Made by a program: the position numbers and the translations under genes. Positions 13,601 through 28,600 of a stretch of DNA of 47,336 bases are shown here, piece after piece. The notes beneath the pieces are model-generated. The model searched no databases and was not told the DNA's origin. It worked only from the letters and a program-made list of their open reading frames with translations. Within the stretch, counting starts at the first letter, position 1; every line of letters begins with the position of its first letter. The DNA lies in assembly GCA_000934665.2 (NCBI GenBank), contig JYFJ02003023.1:1-47336 (forward strand), read 5' to 3'. This DNA comes from Catajapyx aquilonaris. Taxonomy: Eukaryota.

Positions 13601-16600
13601 GTATGGCGGTATAAAAACGAGGAGACATTTCATGCTTGTCCGCTGCCGCCTTTAGCGGGGAAAGCTTGCCTGCCACTGTGGGAAAAACGCGGGTATGGAA
13701 AGCTTTCGCTGGACAAGGTTGCAGGTACTCCTCTTAAAGGGAATTGCCTTGACCTGGACAGGTGTGCAGCCCCCACCTATATAAATGCATATGCAAGCTT
13801 GAAATCAGTTCGATTTTTTTTATATTCATCCTTCAATTGAGATAAAAGGTCAACTGATCAAGGAGGTGGCTTGGAATATGCCCAAATTCATGGAGATTGG
13901 CTTAACAAGCGGCAATGTAGGAAGTGTAGTCGGGGCTTAGGGGGAGGTGGGGAGGAGGCTCTTGTGCAGATGATGTTTGGCAAAGAGGGCTTGATGTGTG
14001 ACATCCACTTACTTCGGCGTGTAAACGGTGGGCGGGTAGAGGAGACAGGAGACAACATCGATGTTGACGAGCGTCTCGAGTTGGCTGCTCTTCTGGAACT
14101 GCTAATGTTCACGCTTGTCGGAGCAAAATGCGAGGATTTTGCAGACTCCGCTTGTCTTGTCAGGATATATAATCCGATCCTGCTTGCCTGTGAATTTTTT
14201 TTTTATTATTCGTAAGGCGTAAAACGCGAGGAATGTCCGTGCCAACAATTTGATGCTGTTCTCAGCTTTTTGAGGGGCTTAATTTCGCAGCATGACCACC
14301 TGAAAAACCTGGGGGGACGGGGTAATTTGAGAACTAGTTTTTCTTGCAGAAAATATGCTCCTGGGCCGCAGTTTTGTAACCGAGTCGGATGACGTACCGC
14401 GGGCCATAAATCCCTGTTTGTTAATGACGAGGCGGAACAAAAGCCAATTAAAACACGATTTTTGAGGCAGGCTCAAAGAGGGACTGACGCATTCCTTTTG
14501 TTCGCAGTGGCACAATGGCGGTGGGTAATTAATTCATTGGTGGAAAGGTGGTTGGCTTCTGATTCTTCGGAATCGGCCTGAGGCGACCCAGAATTTAGTT
14601 TCTGGGAGAGTGGTCATCACTGTTGCCAGTTTGGGCACGATTGGCGACACTGATGTTTAGGTTTTGCGTAGGTTCAGCAACCGGAACGGGCTGCCCGCCC
14701 CACGGCCCAAAACCTGTAAGGGGACTAATTTGCATGGGCGCCGGATTGCTCGCAAAGTTTTCCCACATACCACGCCAGCTGCATGTTGGGCTCCATCCAA
14801 CAGGGGACACTCTTCATGCCGGAGACGTTATTTATATTAATTAGACATACCCCGTGATTGGAGGGTGACTGGTTTTTATAGGTGCAAATAGTTTGCAAAT
14901 TTTTTTAAATGACTGACTATGCAGATTGTATGCTCGAGTGTCGAGGATTATGGGATAGGTCAATAGGAGTGCAAGTGCACAGATTTTTAGCTAGGTCATC
15001 CGAGCGTGATTTGGTGGCATCATTGGCAGGGTGTGGGGAGAGGATGGGCATATTCACACGCCTCCATCAGTGGCCCAAGAGACCTTAGTAGCATGCTGCC
15101 TGAGCCCAGTTCCCACGTTTTCTATCGCTGGAACCATATACCGAGTTGGGGGGGGGGGGGTCCAACTGGAGAACCCGCTTCGGGACACTTTTCAATGAAC
15201 CTAGAGGGAAAACGCAGGAAGTTGAGGGGTCTTTTTCATGCTTGGAGACGCCCGCCTCCTTTTGCGCTTTTTGTGGGTAAAAACCGGGCTGAGGCTGAGG
15301 GGGGAATTCCAAGAGTTGTCCTCCGAATGGTTCTGAATTGATATCTTAAGCCGGGTTGGAATGTGGTATTGTTTACAGTTCCCCCCAGGATAAAGCAAAG
15401 CATCAAGGTCGGTGTGACGGAAATGCTCAGCGCCATTGGCCAATTTGCATTGATCAGAATGTGTCTCGTTCATTGCGTTGTTCCTTCCAGATGCCGACAA
15501 TTTTCAGAGAAAGTGTACGGTCCTTAGAGAACAATAGTGCGTCTTGTCCTACCCCTCACTTTGCCATCCTGTCTGGGAGGATCTGTTATCATTATCACAT
15601 TTATGGCGCACAAGCGTAATGTTTTAATCGGCCTCTGGTTTCAAGGATGAAAATAATCACACGTGGCTCTGGCTGTGAAATTCGACTCGTACTTATTGCT
15701 GTCTTGTGCGGGCTGGACGGTGCTGGCCACTTAGGCTATGGTGGCTAAGTTAGACCGATGTCTGATATTTTGTAACCAAACCACGTGTTTGTTTTGAGTT
15801 TCCAAAACTTGAACCACGTGTAATTATTGTAGTGGCGATACGTCACCAGAACGAGGCAAAGGAGTGACTAAGTGATGGTAGACTCACAATCGAGTGACAC
15901 ACGATGAGAAACATTTCCATTAGGTTTAGTCCGTTGTCGTGTCAGACATGAGAGGAGTCATTAACTTTGGCGGCATCTCCCAAGTTCCTCTGATGACTCG
16001 GACAAGTTTTTAGTCATGTGCAAGCACCATGAAACAGTGGCTTATTTTGCTGGCTCCTTAAGCTGGAGGATGAGGACCGTCACGTTCCACTCGTTAGGAC
16101 GGTCCTCAACGCACATCTTTGTCGACTTTCCCTAGTCATCATGTGGCTGCGGGTTGTCCACCTTTTTTCCATCTTGCAGTTGTCGCTGCTCGTGCAGGAG
16201 CAAGCAAGAAAAACAAGATTGACACACTCTACCCCATGGAGAGGGGGCCCCCCTTTTGGTGCAGATTTGGAGGCCGACTGGTTCAGCCCTTTTTGTCAGT
16301 GGTTTCGGTTTACTTATTGTGGCTGCAACGGTGCGGTTTCTTGGTCCTGAGGACGAACCGTTTTGTCTTGCCGCCGGTGTACAGCCTCACTCGAAATGAA
16401 TGGATGTTACGTAATACTGTACTCTCTTTTTTCTGAACCGGCGACAAAAAGATCCGGAAGTGTATTGCCATCCTGTTTGAATAGCTCGTATCTGACCTTG
16501 GATCAGTTAATTCCCGGAGTATACCTTGGACCAGCGATACTTGCGCAAGAGGGATGCTGACAAAGAGAGGTTCTCCTCTAACGAGAGATGAGAGAGAGAG

Positions 16601-19600
16601 AGGGCCCAAGAGAACAAAAGGGGTCCCTCTCGGATCATGTCGAGCCCCTCAGGCAGGCTGGCCTGGGCTGGTGAAAGGAAACCCTCATCCTTTCGCCACC
16701 ATGCAACACTGCTGGGGGTGTACCAGGATTTGCTGGGGATATAATCACCCGCGGACTTCGGGCTTGTTTCGTCGGCGTGTCGATGGCGCCCATCTGATGA
16801 TCCGCGAGGTAAAGAGATGCGGACAGAATCCTTGGAGATGTTTGTTTTACACGGAGGCCGTTGGGTATGACGAAGGTGACAGGTGTGGGAACCGTCTCTT
16901 CATAGGTGCATTCGATTGCTCCCGTGCGCAGAGCCATATGGTATAGGGATACATTTCCCCCCCCTCCTATTTTCTCATATGGAGTTGGGGTGGAGGGGTG
17001 AAGTAACGGTTGGATGTGGGGGACAATGGTGGTGGATGGGCTTACGCCGACCTACCTTCGCTTTTGGGCATTGTCGGCACGTGCCTGCGCGTATGTGAGG
17101 TCGCGTGTCCCGGAGGGAGCCATCGTCGATGACGCTACCAATCCGCCAATGGGGAAGCTAGAAACTTGCTAGGGGAGAGAGGGGCGTTTTGGCCAAAAGA
17201 GGGACGCTGCGGCCTTGGAGCAGGTGGGCCGCCAACGGTTCGTAAATTTGGGCAACACTGTTACCCATTTCGAGGGATGTGAGCAGTAAATTGGGGGCAA
17301 AAGGAGGGTGATTATTATGAAGGGCGGATAAGATGGAAATGAGAGTCTTCTTCGGGCGATTTGTAATTGGTTTTGGTTATCAGTCTGTTGGGAGGCTGAT
17401 TAAAGCTTATTTACAAGATACTTGTACGAGAGATGAGTTTTTTTTAATCCGGCATATCACATGTGAGCCAAATTGGGAAATTGGACCAGGGGGTGTTAAA
17501 AGTAAGGCTGGAAGTAGAAGCTATTTCTAATCACTGGTATAATTACAGGGTGGGCAATGGCCGCCAGGAATAATATAAACGGGGTCTCATTTTGGAAAAT
17601 CAGATGCACACATGTTCAAAATGCAGCCCAGAAGATGAGTATCAACGTACAAGAAGTGCACGGTTCCCACCACATTGGGGTTGCTCAGCGGGAGGTAAAC
17701 AAGAACACTTCAACCCTCCATGTGTGACCTTTTTTTTATACAATACACTCCACACGACAATGGCAGTACTAACCCCCACATGTCCCGAATTGAACGTTGC
17801 TGGTGCACTTGGAGGTTTCCCCTCATGAGGTGGGACTCGATCCAGTGTGGTTCCCAGAATTCCCCAGGGTTTGGTGGACCAATCGTCTCTGGGACTTGTT
17901 TATGGGCGGCAGATGTGACCGGGGAGAATTTTTTTGTGTTTTTTTGTCAAGTGAGGGGTTGGACGAATGAATGACACGAGCCCCCCCGACTTTTTGATGG
18001 TGGTTGGAGACTGACCTCTTGGGGATGGTGGGGGTTCCTCACGGGACTTTGGGGTGGGCCGTGTGAACTGTTGGCGGCGATCGACAATGACCACATCGTT
18101 AGCTGCCTATTAATTGCGGATTCAATCACAGTTTGCATATTCAGAGTGGGTGACGTCAGTGCTCCATATAAGAAAAGCGCTGCGGTTACGCTTGGTTGGT
18201 ACTTCCTGAAGTGTACCTTCAGGGGGCTATATTCTCCCATTCCCGTTGTTTGAATTCTTCAAGGTTCATTTTGTTGCTTATTTGCTTACTGGGTGGAAAA
18301 TAGGACGCGTAAAGGGTATTATGGCATGGTAGTAAAAATTTTAAGAGGGAGGTCAATAATTTGGAAGTTTGGCAATTTGTAAACTGCGAAAGTAATGACG
18401 GAATCAGATCATGGGATAGTAATATGCGGAAACTGATATTATAAATGCCTCCATGTGCAATGTACGCTATTACTGGTCACGCCTCTTATTTGTAAGTCGT
18501 TAAGTGGTACTTCAGCCTTGACGGGACTTGCCGGAAGCCGCAGGTACAATGTAATCCGACTCATGTTCGTACACTATGAGTAGCTGACATAAAACGCAAC
18601 ATGCTCGTTATACGACTCCGCCATAAGTGTATAGCTGCCAAGAAAACATTGTTACGATTCACACACGTTGCGGAAAATCTGTCGCGCATGACGGCACATG
18701 ACCGAATGCGTCTTTGGGATCATATGCTAATTGGAACCGATCATTCTTTGCCTTCAGGTGCCCGGCCATGCACGTCGGCGAGTATTGCCAACACCTGAAT
18801 CCGTGCCACACCGGCCCGGGCCCGAGATGCCAAAACGGAGGGACATGCAACGTCTTGATGTCTGTGACCACCGGACCACGATTCTCGTGCACTTGCCCAA
18901 TCGGATACTCAGCCAGCCTGTGCGAGATACCCGTGGCCAACGCCTGCGACTCCGATCCCTGCCAGAACGGAGGTACCTGCACGCTCAGGAGTCTCGACAA
19001 CTACACCTGCACATGTGCTGCTGGTTACAGAGGTCAGTTTTGTCTATTTGTAAGCCAATATTAAACTGATTTGTGCAATTTAATATAATATTTAATTTGA
19101 ATATTACAGGACACCATTGCGAACTGGTGGACCACTGTGCGTCGCAGCCATGTCGCAACGGAGCACAGTGCACCTCCCTCGAAGAAGGCTTCAGGTGTCG
19201 TTGCGCCGACGGATTCGCCGGTACGACATGCACCAGCGACATCAACGAGTGTCGGAACGAGCCCTGCGTGCACGGGCAGTGCGTCAACACCTACGGTTCC
19301 TACAAGTAAGTTTGCGGGCTGAAAGAAGAATGGGAACAGTAGCCGTGCTGGGTCACATAGTCATGCTACCGGCGATGAAATCGTGCTCATTTTTGCGCCG
19401 ATCGGACGTTCCGACTCAGCTGCCACGTTATATCGCAGCACTCGGGCGTTAAATTGCGATGATTTTGGCCTGGGTACATGCATAAGGCGGCCATTTTGGG
19501 CGAAGGTGTACGAAATGGCCGACTGTGCTTGCACATTGATTAGAGCAGGTTCAAGTGCAGTGGGAAAAAAAAGTGAGGGCACGAAACCTGCGGTTGGTGC

Positions 19601-22600
19601 ATGACCACGCTATTTCCAGCAGGGTTTTGTCAACTGGGCGAAGAAGGATGGAATCGTGAGGCCCGCATGCTATTGTTCAGCCCGAAGGAGATTGAAGAGC
19701 AGGAAATCTGGCGGCCAAACAACTGTGCACCAGCCAAATTGAGAGATTCAGCTTTCAGCACGAATTCAACGCACTTTTGCACGTAGATTATTAGGCCGCC
19801 CGGACTTGTGTCATAGTCCAACAGTTCAGTTTTTTTGGGGGGGTGGACGTATAGGAATTCAGGGGGATCCAGTTTGGTGGCTTGGCTGGCATGGTTCATC
19901 GGTTCACTTCGGTCAGCTTACATAATCTGCTGGAACAGGTTGTTAAATCAAAGCCCGCCAATATTATATGACAGGAGGGGTATCCCCTACTTTTACTTGT
20001 TTTCCGGGGAGATTAATCACATTGGGGTTGGCAATTTCGTGGGGCACCGCCCGTCCAGCAACAGGTCTGATGCTGGACGGTTCTATAGGCTACCTGTCTG
20101 AGCGAAAATTTCTCTTAATTTTTTTTGCAACAGACCGTATGTATTTTTATTGCCGTTAAATCACTTTGGAAGTAAACAGCTTGCCAAGGGGATTTGCAAT
20201 CAGTACCACGCGACCTTCGGTATATGAGGTTAAGTAGGTGGAGGCTTCTCCTGGCGGTAAAAGTCTTGTTTTCCAGGTAGAGTTTGCACCTGCCGCCACT
20301 TTTTGAAGGCTGCGGACTTGGCTATTCAAGCCCAGATTGAATGCAGCTGCTCAAATTTATTTACTTATTGGTCTGGCGAGCGATTTATGTTGGTGTCATC
20401 TGTATGGGTTTGGGGTGACCGTTTACTACGCGGAAGGGTGAACATGCAAATTTTTGGTCGGCATCAGAGGCTTAATTGTGTGAAATTCCCGTTCCAGATG
20501 CATGTGCGACAAAGGCTACACGGGACAGCACTGCGAGAGCAAATACATTCCATGCGAGCCGTCACCCTGCCAGAACGGAGGGTTCTGCAAAGCCGTTGAT
20601 TCGTTGAACTACGAGTGCGAGTGCCCCTCAGGTAAGGTGTACCCCCCTCGTAACGGTCCGCCTTTACAAAGAAGGTAGTGCAATCGCATCAGGAAGTCCC
20701 CAGACATGTTTATGGCACCTCCAATTTGAGGCGATGTGTCAGGTTGGAAGATGGTACTACCCCCCATACCGGAACATTGATCTCAGGGAAATGTTGAGAC
20801 ATTCTGGGTGCGAATTAGAAAGGAGGGTAAATATTATGGCCACGCCCTGAGTTTAATGAATTAATCCGATGCGCTCTGGTTACGCCAACATCCGCTGATG
20901 GTTCAATCTTTTGCCAAGAAGTTAAACTGGAGGAGAGAAAAAAAGATGGATCCGGGATTGTGGTCAAGCAGGAGCATATTACTTGGGAGGAGTCCGGTTA
21001 TAATGATGGGGGTGATGCGAAACCAGGTTTAGGTGGCCCCGGTACAGTGCAGGGTTTTTATGAGGGTGCCATCGAATGACGGGAAAGTTCGGCATTCCAT
21101 GGGGCCCTCACCTGGAATCGACGTGGAAGGTCGAAAGTGGTAGGGAGGATTGTAAGAAGGAGCTTAGAAATAGAAAATCATGGCGTGACCGGCCCTATCT
21201 TTTGGAAGAGGGTTCAACAAAAGCCGGAGTTTTAGTGCACGGGATGATCGGGGCACTTGTTAGTTCCCAACAGCGTTTTCCAATTATTCGCAGCCGCCTT
21301 GTTTTTACCTCCTGGAGTTTTGTGATCTTGGGAAAATTTTCAAGTAACGGTATTAAAAGGGGTTATAAACCAGGAGCTTACACAAAAAAATAGGCCCGAA
21401 AGGAGATGAATTTGTCATCGGCAGAGAGTGTGGTAAAGTGCCATCTGGAGTGTTTCTTAACGGGCCCAGACTCTTCTTGATACACTTGGGATGGATGGAT
21501 AGTCCACATCTGCATTCTTTCGGCTCGCAGTTGATCCAGGCGTGTGAACCGATGGGGCCAGACATTGCATGCCGATGTCTGGGACACAAATTATGGGGGG
21601 GTTGTCTGTTGCAATCGTCCCGAAATTCTGGGAAATGTACAATCGCGAGCATAAAGCTGTGGACGAATTGAAGGGTGAAAGTCTGGACCAATTAAATGCA
21701 GTGGAAATGTTGACGGACCCCGGAGTGTCGTGGATTTCCTCGCTTTCCCTTTTCCCTGGAGACTTATTCCGGAGTGCAATTTCCTTTCGTAGTGGGCCCC
21801 CGTTTTAATTCCTTGGAGTTATAAGACCCGCCTTGGGGGGTTTGGAAATGGCTAGTGTAGTTGTGACTTACATTGTTCGGAAGCATTGTCTCCCATGAGC
21901 TTGGGATAGGTGTAAAAAAAGGGGGGCAAGTGAACCAGTTTTCAAGGGAGGTGTGGGAACAGTGTTGCCACCTGCAGTCTGTGGGTAAATGTGCCCTTTT
22001 TCGGCGGGAATTGGGGTGGGTGGCGAGGGGGGTAGCCTGGTCTGATACCCCCAAGGCGGAGACATGCCTGAGAATCTTCCCACAGGTTTGCTTCTTGCTC
22101 CATTCGGAAGGAAACGCTCAACCTGCCGCCACGTGGGACCCACCTGGGCCTGCCAACCCCCATCCATTGTTGAGTTGGTGGGTTGGCAGGACTGTGATGC
22201 AACGTCCTGTTCGTGATGCCGAATCGGACAATATTTTTATGCACGGGCTGGGGGGCAAATTGCGTTCGTGTCATTGCAGGAACGTCGTGCCCAAAATTGC
22301 ATACCATTCGTTCTGTGGCTAATCGGTGGGCCATTTATGGTTCAGTTTTTTTTTTGCGTGCGCGGACCCGAAATACAATCTGGTTGTTCCTCCGGTTGTG
22401 ATGTCTTAAAAATGGGGGTGGGAAGCTGCAATCAGTACCGGTTGGGGGCACCGGAAGCGACCAATTTTGGCCGAAGGATGCAGATACCGATGGCCTTTAT
22501 GGGCGAATAAAGAAAGACGGGAGTTGTTTATTCATAGCNTTTTTTTTTTTTTTTTTTTGCAGGGTTCACCGGGAAGACGTGCCAGGAGAACATCGACGAT

Positions 22601-25600
22601 TGTCCGGGGAACCTGTGTCAGAATGGGGCGACATGCGTGGATGGGATCAACAATTACACGTGTCAGTGCACGCTGACGTTCACGGGGTTTTATTGCTCGC
22701 ATGATGTCGATGAGTGTTTGATGCGGCCGAAGGTGTGCAAGAATGGGGCGACGTGTACCAACACTGTCGGAGGATATTCGTGCATATGCGTCAATGGATG
22801 GACAGGGTCGGACTGCAGCGAGAACATCGACGACTGCGCCGGAGCTGCCTGTTTCAACGGGGCGACGTGCCACGACCGGGTTGGAAGTTTCTACTGCCAG
22901 TGTGCACCTGGAAAGACAGGTACGGTGTATACCGGTTTGGTGTGTCAATTTGTGCTGACCAATGAATTGTTTCGTTGCAGGGTTGCTGTGCCATTTGGAC
23001 GACGCTTGTGCATCCAATCCGTGCCACTCTGGAGCCATATGCGACACCAGCCCCATCGATGGTACATACATGTGCTCTTGCCCCAACGGCTACCAGGGAG
23101 TGGACTGCACCGAAGACATCAACGAATGCGAAGAGGGTAAGCGACGAGCCAAAGACGCTCAATAAACACCCCCATTTGTTTCTTGAAAGGCAATCTGGGA
23201 CCATCTTGACCGTTGTTGGGCCTAACAGGGTGCAGGGCCATCGAACTATCATGGCTTAAGCGGAGGCCATTTACTCCTTTATCACTCGAGTGGAGGCTGG
23301 CGATGGGAGACTTGGTTTATAATGGGGCACAAAGGATGGCTTGGGCTCGCTGTTTTTAAAGCATCCAAAGACATGGATAGATGGATGATGTCCAGAACCC
23401 AAGTCACGATCTGGCTTCGGATTGGCATTTGCAGATTGGATTGTTTAAGAACTTTGGCGCTAGTTTTATCCTCAGAAAAGTGCGCTTGGCTTCACCTTGA
23501 GCGGTGTACTTAAATCGGGATGGGATTTGGGATTCTTCGCCCCCGCCGACTTAATACATTTTTTGTGTGCCAGTCCATTTGAAAGGTTTGTCGGTGGGGG
23601 GATGTCTTTTTGCGGCCCATTCTTTTGTGGGTAGGCGGGAGGGGCCAGCAACCTGGAAGGCCTCACCAAGGTCATCCCGGAGCCAAAGCCAACGAGGGGA
23701 TTGTCCCCGAGCTCTCTGGGTGTTGGGTGGTGGGGGCGCCCTCAGAGTTTGGGCACCAGGGATGGCGCCCCTCACCCTTCAGGGCTCTGGATGGGAATAC
23801 AGGAAGTGCGCTTGTTGCTGGGAGGAACCTCTCCCGCCAATGCTGACTCGGGCACCACTCGATTAATACATCAACAGTCCCTTCCTATTTGGACCCTGGG
23901 ATCGATGAACTAGATTGATTTCTGGATGGCAGCGATGATTTATGTTGTTCTAACCAAAGGGGATGGTCCAGATGCTGAGCTAATTTGATATAGTGGGCGC
24001 TAGTTGCTATTCGTTCCTGAGTTGCTATTCATGCTTAAGTAAGTAGCAGTGTGCCTCCAATGCAATGTGTAAATTATTTTTTTGAAGGGTCGCCATGCGA
24101 GCACGACGGTCTGTGTGTGAACACCCCAGGCTCTTTCCGATGCAACTGTACCAAAGGGTTTACCGGACCACGATGTGAGATCAACATCAACGAGTGTGAC
24201 TCCAATCCGTGTCAGAACGACGGCACCTGCCTGGACGAGAGAGGCGCCTTCAGATGCGTGTGCATGCCAGGTAAGAATGTGTCACTTGGCCATTGTTGCG
24301 TGAAGACGGGCTGTCAGGGCACGTGAAGGAGGCAGGTTTCTCAAAGAAATTGGGGGCTTGTGGCGGGTGAATGGGAGGCAGCAGGTAATTACAGGGCTAT
24401 TGTCATATTTTGGGGAAGATGCAGTAGGTGCTGGGCAAAAAAAGATGGATTTTTATTCGGCTCGCGTGATTGGAGAAGAGGGGTCACTCATCTCGAGTGT
24501 GTAAAGAAGACCGGGCGCCTCTCCCTTATTTTTTTTTGTAATTTTTGGTTATCTTGTTTGTGATGGGGGGCTCCCCTCGCGCTTGTTTTTTTATAACTGG
24601 CCACGAATTCTATCACGCGCGGCTCCAGGCCCAAATTTTGGGGAGAATGGAGGGTGGGAAGATTTTTTTTTTTTAAAAAAGCGAAATGTCTGTGGAACTT
24701 CATTGTTTTTTTCTTAAAGGCGTTTCCGGTGAGTCGTAACCACATAGTTGCGTCGAATTAGACATAGTTGGAGGGTGAATCTGGGGCGCGAGAAACAAGT
24801 GTCGACATCGGAAGGATGAGGGAAGAAAGTGGGTACTGGGGAAACTGGTGAATTAAAATATGAGGCTCATCAGATACATTTATTGTGCCTTTAATTAAAG
24901 ATCACCTCCAATTAAGCTTTATGATGAGGTTATCAGGGCTGATAGGGCTCTAATTAGGAGCAGGGTGTATCCAAATCGAAAATATGTGGAGATTTCGGTT
25001 CAACTCACGTACGGAGAAGAAATTAGTTTCTCTATCATAAAACACTGACAGGCAACTTTCACCTTATCCGCCCTGAAGATCTGATCATCTTGTGTGCACT
25101 ATTTTCTGTGATGTCTAGTAGACGTCGGAGGTCGGATGAAGGTGATGCTTTTCCTGGCCTTGCATTTCCATAATAATGCGTATATAGCTGAGGTTATTAA
25201 CGTTTTTCTACCGAGATTGGCTGCCAAGTATGTTTTTTCACCCACTTTTTACCGCGTTGTTACAAAGACTCCTGTGGCTAATGAAGTGCGTTGTGTTTTG
25301 TTTTTTTTTTGAGAACGACGATAATTTGTGCGTAATATTTGGAAGGAGATCCTGAATGGGTCTTCAGTATATAGTTAGCGTACAAATTGTTTTTATCACT
25401 GTTTAATTGTTGAACGTTTGTTAAGTTCAGGCCTGTGAGATAATGAGGGGTGATGGTGGTGCAATTAGAGGAAGAAAATCATCCGCCTTGATAACAAATG
25501 AAAGATCGAGTGTGAATGCAGTGGTCCGGTGGCTGATAAGCGACTGTGGAAGGTCATAACATATATGATGGCGTGATAGCATGAAACGATGGCCCACTCG

Positions 25601-28600
25601 TCACATGGCGTGAATATGTTCCGAGAAACGGGTGACGTCACACGTCATAAATTTTGGCTCAAAATATTTGTTAAAAAAAATTTATAATCCTGAGGCAGAT
25701 TTGACCTGCTATTAGGCCGTGCCATCAATAATTTCTAGGGAGTAATAAGCGGATTGGTGGACAGAAAAGGGACATCAGAAGGGATGAGAAAGGATGAAAT
25801 AACAGTGGCGTAGCTTCCGGTAGGTTGCGTGTTGCCTTTTGTTCCTGTGGGTAGCCCCGCATGATGGAACACGGCTGGGGAAAAGTAATCTGGTTCTTGC
25901 GCACCTTTTTTTTAAATGCATTAAAAATCAGAGCCATCTCCCGAGAATTCATTGTTGACTGGGGTGGAGGATCAGAATTCGCGATCTCATGTTCGTGTCA
26001 ATGTGCAATAATTTGCTGACACGATTTGCGCCAAGGTTGTAAGCAAAAGCCTTTTGTTGAAGCCTGGTTATGAATATCATTTGAGCAAACTTGAGAGATT
26101 AGACTTGAACGGTGGGATGGGACGTGAGCGTTCATTGGCCTCCGCCCAAATATGGCCGGGTTTTTTTATTCCGTTCCATTCTCACCTCAGTTTGGTCGGA
26201 TTAGCAACATTGTTGCAGAGGGCTTTAAAACTCGGGTTATTGGCGATGCAGGTGTTGGCATAAATTAGAGGATTGCGGAAACGGGCGTTTCTCGTCCGTG
26301 ACAAAATACTAGGGGGAAGGCATGTTTTTTTATTAGTGTCCATTGTGCTTCAAGTGCAACGGATTTTCAACAGTGCAAGCCCGTGTTGATTGCATGACAT
26401 TGTGTGTTTTTGTGGGGCGGCCACACATACAACAAGCAAAAATTGCAGTTTTATTCGTAAAATACGGCCTGTAAATCTCGGAGTTTTATGACCGGAGACT
26501 GTCACGGGGAATTTTCGCGTGGGTTTTTGTCGATAAGAGTGGAATTACGTCCTTGGACATGGAATTTGAAGCCCCTTTTCCTCGACTTTGTGGGCAATAA
26601 AAAGGCCGGCCCCCCTGGAATGAGTACGGAAAGCTCCTGGATTTGTGATGTATTCGTCTGTATTCAGGTGGGCCATCTTGGGTATTTGTGGACCCCCAAC
26701 AGGAGGTCTTTTATGAGGGGGGACCCATGAAGGACGGGTCGCCTTTGAGGCGGTTGTAAAATAGCACCTGGAATTCCTCAAAAGTGGAGTCCATTAGAAG
26801 CCCTCTTCAAAAGATGGCAGTGCCGACGTCATGGATTCAATTTACTCACACGTGATTTTGGTAGGAATGCACTTATTGCGGTTGTACAAAAAAAAATGAA
26901 TGATTGCTGTAGTTGGGCAAAAAGGGCAAGAAGCCTCATCTGGGTCGTGATGGTCGTTTTTCCGGCGGCGGTTTACAAATTAATGGGGGCCCCCGCAATG
27001 TCTTTGCCTGGAATTGTTCCAGAAGGGCAATTCAGTTTATACATTTAAAAAAAAAAAGTACAGAGGAAACTTTTGAGGGGGTGGGAAAACTGGGTCTAAC
27101 TCAATTTGGCAAGTGCCGGTCGATAGTTGTGTCGAGGGTGATCAATCATGTTCGTGGTTCATTAAATCTACGAAAGGGTGGGGGTGTCCCCTATAACCCT
27201 CCCCCAATGCTTGCTCTTTGTGCAGCCTCGGTGATTCGGATGCTGAGCTTCATTGACATTGCAACCCTACGTACACTATTCAAAAGGGAACGGCCCTTTT
27301 CAAGCGGGGGAAATGTCACGTGTCGGATTGCTGCACGCTTATTTTCATATATCACGGGGGTGCCAACGTTCTCTGTGTTTCAACATCCAGGTTCGGTCCC
27401 CCCCTCACCTTTATTGGCGTTTGGTGTTGACAAAATGGCCGGAGAATAAGAGGGGGCAGATAAAAAAAAAACACACACACCATGGAGGGATCCGCGGTGG
27501 GAAGAAGGTGGAAAGAAAAGAGAGAGAAGAATCCTTAGCGCCGGAGGGTGTAAGAACAGGTTGGCAGCCAATGGGGCAGCGTGTGAACCGGGGCAGGCAG
27601 CAGTGACAGAGGAACTTGACCAAAACCAGGAGTGGACACCACCGACGTGCGTCACACGTGTGGCCGCGGCCAGTGACGTCATTTAATTCTCGATCGAAAA
27701 TGTCGCTCAATAATTTTCAACCGAAATTTTCTGCGCTAGATGAATTAGTGTGTGTGTGTCAGTTAGAGACGGTTTTGCATCCGTAATTAGCGGCTTCCCT
27801 TGGCTGCATGGGGGCGAATCAGATCCTGCCGGAAGAGGCGGAGGAAATCCTTGGCCAGATACGGGGGCTCATTTAGACAAGGGTGCATTACCAGCATTGG
27901 GTCACTTTCCGGGGATTCTGGGGCGTTGCGAAAGCGGGCGCCTCCAGTTGCAGCAGGAAATCCGAATCCAATTATTGTGGTGGACTTGGACAGAAAAATT
28001 TAAAAGCGGAGTACATAATCGGTCCATTGTGAAGACCTAATTGTAGGAGCCTTGGCCTGGTTCTTGAACGGGTCTGAAAAAAAAATGTGGTTCTCAGGAG
28101 CTTAGGGTGAAAAAAAAAATTGCGTGCATATTTATAACATGTCGGTCCAGGTGCGTTTAACGTATTGGTCGGGTTGATATGTGAGCAAGCACCTGCCAAT
28201 TAAAACGTTGCGAAGGTGATGATGGCCCCAAGCAGACTTGCCATTTTAACGCGTAAGAAAAATGCTCGGCAATAAATCCGAGCTCCAGGTGCATCTGCAG
28301 TCCGTACACATGAATATGAGGCGATATCCCTGGACAAAAGAGTGGGGTTTGTTTGATCAGGGGGCACCTGGTGTGTGTCGTACCAGACGTTTTTCTCACG
28401 AGGTGGCAACTTGGGCTGGGAAAAGGGGAAGGCGACAATGCTATGGGTCCAGGTCTCCCGGTCTGTATCTGCGTGACAAAAGGGGGTGAGGATAGGACAC
28501 AACCAGAAAGGATGCGCACTTAATGGGGGTCCAGGGACGCGCAGTGATGACGCCATGCGCCTGTAAACCAACGCATCTTGATGAGCGTCGTCCTGGTTAC

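Noticed and set aside
17544..17560. TACAGGGTGG mariner/Tc1-like TIR start (similar at ~45323)
   Set aside because: No matching inverted partner or transposase found.
2219..22539. Single ambiguous N bases at 2219, 9145 and 22539
   Set aside because: Assembly ambiguities, all intronic; exon phases and the 36-EGF count show no missing coding exon.
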